A stretch of 64,000 nucleotides of DNA from a virus (lineage: Duplodnaviria; Caudoviricetes): IMG/VR virus record IMGVR_UViG_2061766007_002263. One strand, given 5' to 3'. Of this stretch, positions 8,919 through 17,046 are shown piece by piece. A program made the translations under genes and the position numbers. How positions within the stretch are numbered: position 1 is the first letter of the stretch; each line of letters starts with the position of its first letter. The notes under the pieces are model-generated. The model saw only the letters and a program-made list of their open reading frames with translations, ran no database searches and had not been told where the DNA came from.

Positions 8919-10311
8919 GAGACTTTCACGTTCTAAACCTTTGGGGCTTTAGCCTCTAAGATACAGAACGTGTAATATATTTTAGGAACTTTACTATAAT
9001 TTTCCTAAAAGAAAATATTCCTTTTTCCACTAATTAGAGTATGAGTAAGAACGAAAATATCCAAAAAGGATTATTAGAATTAAAAGCAAGAAGAAAGACT
9101 CAGCAAATCAAAGTCTATGAATTGAAGATAAATGTACATTCAACCTCAAAGGAGGATTTTGCAAAATTCAATTCTATGTTCGTTCAAGCAAAATGGGTTG
9201 CAAATGATTGTATTGCTTCTGAGGATATTTTCACTTACAAATATCAAGAACATAAAAAGGTTATCAATTTTGACAAAGATGGAAACAAAGTAGAAAGAAC
9301 AATCAATTTGAATTCCGGTATACACCAAGACATTATTCGTCAAATTAAACAGGACATTGTGAACCTTTCAAAGAAGAAAAAGAAAGGTGGAAAAGTAGGA
9401 AGGCTAAAATTCAAAAGACAAGTAAATACTATCAATTTGAGAGATTTGAAAGTATTGAATTCGAAAACAGTTTCAATCCCAGGCTTCAAAAACTTAAAAG
9501 TGTACGGACTTGAACAATTCATCAGTATTCCTGAATTTGAAATTGCAAGTCCAAAATTGGTAAAAAAAGCTTCAGGAATATACCTAAAAGTTCCTGTATG
9601 TATTCCAAAAGAAACTTCCAAAAGAAAATCCACAAACAAAGAGGTTGGGTTGGATTTTGGAATCAAGGATAACATAACTACATCTGATGGAGAGAAATTC
9701 AACTGTAGTGTGCAAGAATCTGAGTATCTAAAATTTCTACAACGTAAGTTGCACAAGAAACAAAAGAACTCAAAGCGATACCATAAATGTTTGAATCAAC
9801 TCCAAAAAGAGTATGAACATCTCACTAACAAAAAGAATGACGATTCTAACAAATTAATTTCCTACCTTTTGAAGAGCTATGATGTCATCTATTTTCAGGA
9901 CGAGCAAATTTCAAAATGGAGAAAGTTCAACAAAGGATTTGCTAGAAACATCCAACATTCCTATTTGGGAAGAGTGAAAGCAAAGCTTGTGGAGTTACAA
10001 AAGACAAGTAGAAGTTTTGAAATTTCAAAATGGTCTCCCTCTACAAAATTCTGTCCTCAATGTGGTTCTCTAAATGATGGAATCACACTTTCAGACAGAA
10101 TTTTCAAATGTTCATGTGGATATCAATTTGATAGAGATGTTCATGCAGCAAAAAACGTAAAATTGTTTGGCTCAACTAAAAGGGCTGAGTGGTTGGAACA
10201 ACCCCCCGTGGACTCATTGGTCACTACTGCACTAGAATTTTCTGGGACAGCAAATCAAGAGGTTGAAGCGAAAAACGAAGCTGTAGTGTCTTCAGACATT
10301 CGGTAGTTCAC
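8919..10311 (+). mobile_element. non-autonomous IS200/IS605-family (tnpB-only, IS1341-like) element
   Basis: Left end after TTTAG with nested hairpin (CACGTTCT...CTTTAG loop...AGAACGTG); right-end hairpin ending GTTCAC; no tnpA; joining the flanks restores a stop codon. Confidence 0.8.
9041..10306 (+). CDS. tnpB: TnpB RNA-guided nuclease family protein
   Basis: RuvC-I VGLDFG, RuvC-II region IYFQDE, Zn finger CPQC...CSC, RuvC-III DRDVHAAKN. Confidence 0.9.
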   Translation: MSKNENIQKGLLELKARRKTQQIKVYELKINVHSTSKEDFAKFNSMFVQAKWVANDCIASEDIFTYKYQEHKKVINFDKDGNKVERTINLNSGIHQDIIRQIKQDIVNLSKKKKKGGKVGRLKFKRQVNTINLRDLKVLNSKTVSIPGFKNLKVYGLEQFISIPEFEIASPKLVKKASGIYLKVPVCIPKETSKRKSTNKEVGLDFGIKDNITTSDGEKFNCSVQESEYLKFLQRKLHKKQKNSKRYHKCLNQLQKEYEHLTNKKNDDSNKLISYLLKSYDVIYFQDEQISKWRKFNKGFARNIQHSYLGRVKAKLVELQKTSRSFEISKWSPSTKFCPQCGSLNDGITLSDRIFKCSCGYQFDRDVHAAKNVKLFGSTKRAEWLEQPPVDSLVTTALEFSGTANQEVEAKNEAVVSSDIR

Positions 10312-10331
10312 CGTCCGTAAACCTTTTTAGC
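10150..10331 (+). ncRNA. predicted omega/reRNA of TnpB; guide = 10312 onward (5' boundary uncertain)
   Basis: Inferred from the established rule that the scaffold overlaps the tnpB 3' end/right end and the guide is the 3' flank. Confidence 0.5.
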
Positions 10332-10841
10332 ATAATGCAGATTCACACTGTATCCTTTGCTCAAAAGCTTCTCGTGCAAAGTCTGTGGGTCGTCATATTT
10401 ATGATTGTTATAATACGCTTCGCCACGTTTCGTGAGTTTTTTCACCTCGAAACAGTTTACTCCGTCATGATGATACGAATGTATGTTGAATACGCCTTTG
10501 TCGTCAAATATTTTAGTCTTATAGCAAAAACAGACGTTAAGACCATTAAAGCCTTTGAATACCCGACCCCCATAATGCCTTCCGTCCCAGTTTCCTATAA
10601 AACCAGTAATAATATACGTGCTGCCGTCATCAAAGAAATTCTTAAGCAGAGACGATTCCGAATCCCAAGATGTTTCATTGGAAATACGAATTTCCTCTTG
10701 AATTTCCTCGTCAGTCGGTTCCCAATCGGTTTCCTCTGGATATTCTTCAAGATGTCGCTCGATACAATACTTCTCCGCGTCATCCCAATCATAACCGTCA
10801 TGGTCATTATAAATTATTGTTTCCGTTTTTTTCTTTCCCAT
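10308..10841 (-). CDS. hypothetical protein; stop codon supplied by the IS right end
   Basis: 177 aa; WDG and HHDG motifs; promoter at 10870. Confidence 0.8.
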   Translation of the reverse strand: MGKKKTETIIYNDHDGYDWDDAEKYCIERHLEEYPEETDWEPTDEEIQEEIRISNETSWDSESSLLKNFFDDGSTYIITGFIGNWDGRHYGGRVFKGFNGLNVCFCYKTKIFDDKGVFNIHSYHHDGVNCFEVKKLTKRGEAYYNNHKYDDPQTLHEKLLSKGYSVNLHYAKKVYGR

Positions 10842-10942
10842 AGAAATTCCTTTTGAATGTATCTTAAGTATTATAACCTTTCAAATCGTTTATCCTTAGA
10901 AAAACAAAAAGGGCGGAATCAACCGCCCCTTTTCAAGTATTG

Positions 10943-11416
10943 TTAAAACTCCTCTGGATTTATAAATTCAATTTCTGTCGTACCAGACTTTACCTTACCG
11001 AAAAGGTCACCAAAATAGAAAATACCAATTTCACCCGGCTCTATTTCTACTTTAGTACCTTTTTCATTGGAGCAGACGTCTCCCACTGTCGCAAAAATCG
11101 GCTCGTCAGAAGCATTCTTAACATAAAGGTAATCACTGAACCAATTTCCAAAATAGTCTTCCATAAAATTAAGATTCTTTTTTGGAAACAAATCTATAGG
11201 TTCCGAATCGTCAAAATACTGAAAGTTTTCTTTATCAAACTCTCTTACTTCTTTTTTCAAATCGTCAGCCGTTTCGATTCTGGCAAGACGCTCCACAACT
11301 TCCTGACCATAACCTATTACGTCATTACCAACTCTGACGTACATATCACCGTTGAACTCATTAGAAGTTAGAATCTTCCGTTCTTTAGTAACTAATACAA
11401 ACTTACCTCTTGTCAT
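10943..11416 (-). CDS. hypothetical protein
   Basis: 157 aa, AAGGAG RBS, promoter at 11443. Confidence 0.8.
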   Translation of the reverse strand: MTRGKFVLVTKERKILTSNEFNGDMYVRVGNDVIGYGQEVVERLARIETADDLKKEVREFDKENFQYFDDSEPIDLFPKKNLNFMEDYFGNWFSDYLYVKNASDEPIFATVGDVCSNEKGTKVEIEPGEIGIFYFGDLFGKVKSGTTEIEFINPEEF

Positions 11417-11462
11417 AGCATTAATCTCCTTTCGCTTTTTCTATTATAATGTTGAAGTGGTT

Positions 11463-11747
11463 CTATCCTTCCAAAGAATCTTGCACTTCCAATTCAACCC
11501 GCGCAAACGGAAGATTCGTTTTCAAATCCCAGAACTCATAATAATCTGGAAATGCGGAACAATCTACGTCAATGTCTCCAAGAAGTTCTTTTTTAAGGAA
11601 TCCTTTGTCAGCGCAAGCGTTCAGAATGTCGTTAGCAGAAGCGTCCTCACTTACTTCTATAGGATTGCCGGTAAACTTGCCGACATTGTTCACTTCAAAA
11701 TCATCCTCATTTCCCCAAACGTCATAGACACAAAAAATGTATTTCAC
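11463..11747 (-). CDS. acidic hypothetical protein
   Basis: 94 aa, GTG start, AAGGAG RBS, promoter at 11772. Confidence 0.75.
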   Translation of the reverse strand: MKYIFCVYDVWGNEDDFEVNNVGKFTGNPIEVSEDASANDILNACADKGFLKKELLGDIDVDCSAFPDYYEFWDLKTNLPFARVELEVQDSLEG

Positions 11748-11834
11748 GAACTAATCTCCTTTAGAGTTTTTATTATAGTGTTAAGAACATTCTATCCTTC
11801 GAAAATTGAACATGGCTCTAAAAAGGGTTTTTAT

Positions 11835-11887
11835 AGTAAGGTGGCAAGAAAAATGCCACATCTTTAGTGTGGCGTATGAATTGCTAC
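11835..11887 (+). mobile_element. orphan IS200/IS605 left-end-like relic
   Basis: TTTAT followed by GTGGCAA..TGCCACA-TCTTTAG-TGTGGCG..TTGCTAC nested hairpin. Confidence 0.5.
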
Positions 11888-12009
11888 ATCTAATAGTTAT
11901 GAAGCCCCGAAAAAAAAAATCCATTAAATTGCCAGAAAAAAAACGCATTAAAACCTTAGAAAAAAATCTTAAAGGATAACTCAAAAAAATCAGTATAATA
12001 TACTTTTAC

Positions 12010-12417
12010 ATGAATGAAACATTAGAGAAAAGCATTTCCAAAGTATCAAGAAGATTTTGTGAAATCTTCTATTGCAAAGAAAAAGAGCCGCCCGTAATGG
12101 AAGACGGATTCGTTACCTTATCATTTGTACCAGTCAACGACATTACAGACGCTACCATTAAATTACAAATATGTAAAAAAGGTGATTTTTACTTGCGCTT
12201 AGATTGTGGAACTCATTCCTACATGGCGTTTGCTGGTTGGACGGATGATTCGGACAACGATGAGACTATCCAAAAAATGGTTGCAGGAATTTTTGATTTT
12301 TTCTATAATTATACTACAGATGAAAACATCATAGGGCTGGTTCAATGGATAAAATGCACTGGTGCCTCGCCAAGTCTGATTTCTGCGATAAAAAAACTTT
12401 TAGAAAACATTTTTTAA
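12010..12417 (+). CDS. hypothetical protein
   Basis: 135 aa, 10 nt after the TATAAT of promoter 11973. Confidence 0.7.
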   Translation: MNETLEKSISKVSRRFCEIFYCKEKEPPVMEDGFVTLSFVPVNDITDATIKLQICKKGDFYLRLDCGTHSYMAFAGWTDDSDNDETIQKMVAGIFDFFYNYTTDENIIGLVQWIKCTGASPSLISAIKKLLENIF

Positions 12418-12472
12418 TTGAAATATTTAATATCTCCATAGATTTTAAAATACTTGAAGGAGAAAATAATTT

Positions 12473-12898
12473 ATGAGTAAAAAAACTGATTATCTTACTG
12501 CGGACGAAGCAATCGGATTTCTTTCGTTGCTGAATAATTCAGCAGTTCAGAATTACATTAAAGAGCATGTCGAACTCGGAAATGTAAAAGATACTTTGGA
12601 AATAATCCCATGCAAAGAAAGCGATGCGATTCCTGAGACATACGCGGCACAAGGTGAGACGAACTCATGCATTATGTATGATTCTTCATCCTCCGACTAT
12701 ACAGTGGATGATGCCGAGAAAGCAATAGACGAGCTGTTGAAATATCTCAAGAAAGTTAAAGCACCAGTAAAGCTTACATCGCACGAGGATAACTTCTACT
12801 TCCTTGAGACGAATTATACCAAGATTCTGGACTGGGAATCGACATACACAAAAAGCTCCGAAAAAAAAACTAAGGATAACGTAGAAAAAACACTATAG
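12473..12898 (+). CDS. hypothetical protein
   Basis: 141 aa, AAGGAG RBS. Confidence 0.75.
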   Translation: MSKKTDYLTADEAIGFLSLLNNSAVQNYIKEHVELGNVKDTLEIIPCKESDAIPETYAAQGETNSCIMYDSSSSDYTVDDAEKAIDELLKYLKKVKAPVKLTSHEDNFYFLETNYTKILDWESTYTKSSEKKTKDNVEKTL

Positions 12899-12929
12899 TA
12901 TTCCTACCGTAAAGGAGTATGGGGAAAAC

Positions 12930-13991
12930 ATGAAGAAAAAAAATATCGCTATTTGTCTGATTTTACTGAGCCTCTGTGCGTCCGTGTTCGCAAAGCACGT
13001 TGTCTTGGAACGTGACGTAAACAACCACGTGGAAAGATACTACGACAAGACATGGTTCTCTGAGCAAGGCAAAGTAAGGATACATCTGAACGAGTTCTCT
13101 ACTGCCGATGGCAAGCGCAAGTTCGGATGGGCTTATGCCATAGAATCGGACATAGTAGACACGGTAGCCGACAGCTCGCTCATTGCGCTCACTGGCGAGG
13201 ACGAATGCCCATTAATGTACTACGTCGCAAACGGCAAATTTTACATAGGATACGTCTGGACTGGAAGCTATGAGACCGAGATTATTCCTGTACACTCGTT
13301 CTATGAGTTTGACGAAAAAGACGGCTACGATATATATTTCATGTTCGCATACGCTTCAGCGGTAGATTATACCCTTACATACGGAAACAGTATCCATTTC
13401 AGAGAAGTCTACGACAACAAGGGCGTATCCAAGTTCACCACTGGGGAAACACCGGAACTCTCGTTCCGCACGTCCGATTTCCCCGACTACGTAAAATACT
13501 CGGAATACAGAGTTACTAACGGATGTATCAACGGCAACAAGGTCTGGCTTGACGGCGAGTGGCGTGACATAACAAGAAATCCTTATAGAGACCAGTTCGG
13601 AATCCTCTGGGAGTCGTTCACCGACATCACTGGTTTCCACGTGCATTGTACCGAAAGCAGATACAAAGACCGCTGGTTTGAGCCGGCTGTGTTAACTTGT
13701 ACATTCCGTACCGTAGACATGGTGCTCGTAAGGGAAATGTCGAACGGCAGCAGTGAAACCGCCGGAAAAAAAATCTTTGAGAACCTGAAAAAATATGGGC
13801 TGTGGAAATCACTGGAATGTATGTACCTTGGAGACGGAACTACCGTAGGTGAATGGGGTCCGAACGAAGGTATAATCACATGCTGGTATGAGCCGTTCAT
13901 GCGGTACGGAAACATGCAGGACGGATTGAAAGACGTGGTTCAGAAAGACCAGCTCATAGATTTCCAGAAAGTCTCCGTAATAAGAAACTAA
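12930..13991 (+). CDS. secreted/periplasmic protein with Sec signal peptide
   Basis: MKKKNIAICLILLSLCASVFA|KH; 353 aa; promoter at 12873. Confidence 0.8.
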   Translation: MKKKNIAICLILLSLCASVFAKHVVLERDVNNHVERYYDKTWFSEQGKVRIHLNEFSTADGKRKFGWAYAIESDIVDTVADSSLIALTGEDECPLMYYVANGKFYIGYVWTGSYETEIIPVHSFYEFDEKDGYDIYFMFAYASAVDYTLTYGNSIHFREVYDNKGVSKFTTGETPELSFRTSDFPDYVKYSEYRVTNGCINGNKVWLDGEWRDITRNPYRDQFGILWESFTDITGFHVHCTESRYKDRWFEPAVLTCTFRTVDMVLVREMSNGSSETAGKKIFENLKKYGLWKSLECMYLGDGTTVGEWGPNEGIITCWYEPFMRYGNMQDGLKDVVQKDQLIDFQKVSVIRN

Positions 13992-14039
13992 AGAATTTCC
14001 CCCAGAAAAAAAAATCCATAAAATCCCCGAAAAAAAATC

Positions 14040-14079
14040 ACCCCTCTAGGTTAAAAAACCAGAGGGGTTTTTTATTTTT
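14040..14079 (+). terminator. intrinsic (probably bidirectional) terminator
   Basis: ACCCCTCT..AGAGGGGT stem plus T tract between convergent genes. Confidence 0.75.
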
Positions 14080-14142
14080 ATGTTTTTTTGTTTCGTTTTT
14101 CGTTTTAAAAAAAACGATAAAATATATGTCCGGCTAAATGTT

Positions 14143-15324
14143 CTATTTAACGGAATTGTCAAATACCTCGGAATCTTCGTCGTCCGTGTCCGTGTGCTTT
14201 TCCTTATCATGCAAAACTGACTTCCGCTTCAAAGGGCTTCCGAAGTTGGACAGGAGCTTTCCAGTACGTCTTCCGAACAACGCAAGTTTTGACAGTATAT
14301 TCGCATAATATGCTCCGCCTGGTATGAACGCGCCGAGAGCATAAGTAAACGCACCGAACACAATACTTATACCCGACAACGCAAATCCCGCCGCTTTCAA
14401 CGCCTTGCATCCTTTCGCATTTCCTTTAAGGGCGTTCTTGAACTTGTTGTCTTTAATTATCTCGTCATATTGTTTCTGAAGGTCTATGAACTTTTCGATT
14501 ATGTCTTTGAACAGCTCCTCGGCGGTAGGGTCTTTTGTAGTATCTATCTTATTCGAGATTATGTCGGCTTCTATAGCCATAACCATACTGAGCCATTTCT
14601 CACGGTTCATTACCGGTCCGTAAATAAACTCCTTGGAATCAGTTACGAACGTCTTGTCCATCCAGTCAAGCTCAGGGTCTATCAAATAAAAGAACTGCGA
14701 ATATTTGCTGCTCGTTTTCAACGCGCCGAGTGCTTTGAGCACGTTATATTTGTCCTGTGCTTTGTCATAAAGGTCTTTGTCAAGAAGCTTACAGCCAGGC
14801 TTAGTTGATGCGTCCAGCCTCTTCTCAAGATAAAAGTCCTTGAACTCAGTAGAAAGCTTCTCGGCTTTCTCAGACTCAAGCTTTACGGCTTCCTGCTTTT
14901 TCAGCTTATATTCGTCAAAGCATTTATATATATCAACACGATTAACTCCTGTAAGCCGCTGAATAAACGCCATGATATTTCTGAACTCAGCGTCCGGAAC
15001 CATCTTTGTTCCGCATATACTTGAAATGTCCACGGCATTGGCTTTAAGCTCATTGTCCGATAAAATGTTCATAATAATGCCGAACTTTTTCGGGTCAATA
15101 GTAAACATTTTCTTCAGCTCATTCGTACAGTTTTTAATCAGATTTGTTTTGGTTACGGGGCTTGATGTCAAGTCTAAGGTACTCGCATAAAGCTTACGCA
15201 TTTCATCCACAACCATCTCAAGTATGCCGTCTATATCTTTCTTGCTGAGAAGATTTTTGTATGTGATTTTGCTTGCCTCGAACTGCCTGTGCAGATTGTC
15301 GCGATAAATATTGTTGAAGTTCAT
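14143..15324 (-). CDS. probable virion/internal head protein (start revised to MNFNNI)
   Basis: GGAGG RBS, coupled to upstream stop; C-terminal hydrophobic segment; late operon. Confidence 0.7.
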   Translation of the reverse strand: MNFNNIYRDNLHRQFEASKITYKNLLSKKDIDGILEMVVDEMRKLYASTLDLTSSPVTKTNLIKNCTNELKKMFTIDPKKFGIIMNILSDNELKANAVDISSICGTKMVPDAEFRNIMAFIQRLTGVNRVDIYKCFDEYKLKKQEAVKLESEKAEKLSTEFKDFYLEKRLDASTKPGCKLLDKDLYDKAQDKYNVLKALGALKTSSKYSQFFYLIDPELDWMDKTFVTDSKEFIYGPVMNREKWLSMVMAIEADIISNKIDTTKDPTAEELFKDIIEKFIDLQKQYDEIIKDNKFKNALKGNAKGCKALKAAGFALSGISIVFGAFTYALGAFIPGGAYYANILSKLALFGRRTGKLLSNFGSPLKRKSVLHDKEKHTDTDDEDSEVFDNSVK

Positions 15325-15325
15325 C

Positions 15326-15658
15326 TTACGGTGTTCCTCCCGGAGTACCAGTACTGCCCGTTCCACTCGACGCTGTTCCCGGCGGGACTACATTTATTTT
15401 CTGGCAGATTATCGGATTGTTAAGGTCTTTAAGCAGACTTTCGGCACTGGATGCCATATTTCTGAGTTTCTGTATCTGGCTCGAATGCTCATGCCGTTCC
15501 TTTATGGACTCTACACATTCGTTTATGTTCCTTACGAAATCAGTAAGCCCTGACTTGATTTTTTTGTAATTTTCCTTTGTTAGAGCCATACTGCCGCTCA
15601 AGCCTTTTACGGATTCCATGAACAAGCTCATGTCATATATTTCCTGATAGTCAATCAT
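15326..15658 (-). CDS. probable internal head protein
   Basis: 110 aa; LFME-S motif; G/T/P-rich tail. Confidence 0.65.
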   Translation of the reverse strand: MIDYQEIYDMSLFMESVKGLSGSMALTKENYKKIKSGLTDFVRNINECVESIKERHEHSSQIQKLRNMASSAESLLKDLNNPIICQKINVVPPGTASSGTGSTGTPGGTP

Positions 15659-16023
15659 TACTTATTTTTCTCCTCCTGTACGGGCTGCGTATTCTCCGGA
15701 AAATTTACATTAAGGTCTATGGCAAGTACTTTCTGCTTCAAATCAGTCAGAGCCTTGATGTCGTCCTGCTTCTGCTGAACCGTAAGATTCTTGGCTTTCG
15801 AAACACTTATGACTTTAATCATGTTGTCAAGCTGCTTTATTATCGCGGTCCTCTGCTTCTGAAGTTTCTTCAAATTGGAAGCCGGGGAGCCGAACTTGGC
15901 AAGTATGCTTTGTATTATACCGGCTTCTTCAAGCCTGTATACATAAGCGTCTTTCTGAAGCTCATTCATTCTCTCCATATATTTGTTGATTTTATCAATC
16001 TGGGATTCAGTTATTTTCTTCAT
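15658..16023 (-). CDS. probable internal head protein
   Basis: 121 aa; ITE-S and LEE-A motifs; late motif 3 nt upstream of ATG. Confidence 0.7.
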   Translation of the reverse strand: MKKITESQIDKINKYMERMNELQKDAYVYRLEEAGIIQSILAKFGSPASNLKKLQKQRTAIIKQLDNMIKVISVSKAKNLTVQQKQDDIKALTDLKQKVLAIDLNVNFPENTQPVQEEKNK

Positions 16024-16106
16024 GTATAATTAGTGGCTCCGTGATGCATGCTTCACTTAGAAATCAAAAAACCGGACTCCGTATTGTCCGGTTTTCTATA
16101 AAGGGC

Positions 16107-16970
16107 TTATTTTGCCTCTGGATTTCCAGCTTCGGGCTTTGCCTCAGTCTCGTTTTCACTTTGTGCGGGCGTATCTTCGGGCTTCGTTTCCTCAGGTTTT
16201 GCCTCACCTTGATTCTCAGCCGGTTCTTCCGGATTAGTTTCCGTACCTTGTCCGGCGTCTCCTGCTCCTGTGGTTTCTTGATGGTCGTCGTTTCCAGGCT
16301 TGGCTTCGTCGTCTTTAAGAGCGTCGTCAAGCATCTTGATGCTGTTCTCTATGGATGTCTGGATTTCTTCCAAGTCCATCGTAGCATCCGGATTGTCCGG
16401 ATTAGCTTGCTTGATTTTTTCAATCTCGGTATTAACCTCGGACTGAACTTTAATCAGCTCGTCTTTATTGCCTTGTTGTTGTGCGGTTTCGGCGCGTTTC
16501 TCGAACTGCTCAAGCATAAGCATGTGCTGCTCTTCTTCTTTCTGAAGCTGTGCCTCCAAAGCTTTCATCTGCTCCGGATGAAACCGTGCCCTAGCCTCGT
16601 CATATTTTTTGTTCGCATTGATTATATCATTCGTAGCCTTGCTAAGCTGCTCCTTATACTTGGCGAGGTACCTTAAATCTCTCTGCCGTCTGGCATCTGT
16701 AGCCAACGGAGAGGTTTCGATAATCCTTTCCATGCCGGTAAGAGCTTCTATTATTTTCTGGGACGAACTTTCCACCGTAGGAGTGCCTTTGTTAAGCCAT
16801 GCAAGTACTCCATGCAATGACTTGGCTTTCTTGGCATTCCCATTGTTTGCCCCGGCTGCCGCTTCTCTGAAAAACTCTTTACGGAACAAATCTTTTGCGG
16901 ATTCGTCTGTATTCAAAGATTCACAGAGTTCTTCCAGAAGTTCTTTATTGAATTCAACCATTAATTTCAC
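16107..16970 (-). CDS. probable internal head/core protein with acidic P/E-rich tail
   Basis: 287 aa directly downstream of the protease-scaffold gene; LCE-S and FRE-A motifs. Confidence 0.7.
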   Translation of the reverse strand: MKLMVEFNKELLEELCESLNTDESAKDLFRKEFFREAAAGANNGNAKKAKSLHGVLAWLNKGTPTVESSSQKIIEALTGMERIIETSPLATDARRQRDLRYLAKYKEQLSKATNDIINANKKYDEARARFHPEQMKALEAQLQKEEEQHMLMLEQFEKRAETAQQQGNKDELIKVQSEVNTEIEKIKQANPDNPDATMDLEEIQTSIENSIKMLDDALKDDEAKPGNDDHQETTGAGDAGQGTETNPEEPAENQGEAKPEETKPEDTPAQSENETEAKPEAGNPEAK

Positions 16971-17046
16971 CTTCTTTTTAAAAACTTGTTTATATATTCA
17001 CGCATGCCCCTCATTTTCACGTGAGGGGCAATGCTTCGGGGGCTTA

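Larger units (their letters stand above)
525..12899. promoter_or_regulatory. dispersed early-type promoter motif AGGATA-N15-TATAAT, 18 copies
   Basis: Minus strand at 525, 690, 1535, 2296, 2647, 3249, 3621, 4032, 4717, 5977, 7087 (AATAAT), 8144, 8874, 10870, 11443, 11772; plus strand at 11973 and 12873 (TATAGT). Each copy is 27 bp and co-oriented with the downstream gene. Confidence 0.85.

Noticed and set aside
525-11798. Repeated intergenic motif as a CRISPR array or integron attC sites
   Set aside because: Spacing is gene-sized and irregular, only two hexamers are conserved, the hairpins (about 30 bp) are too short for attC, and no cas or integrase is present
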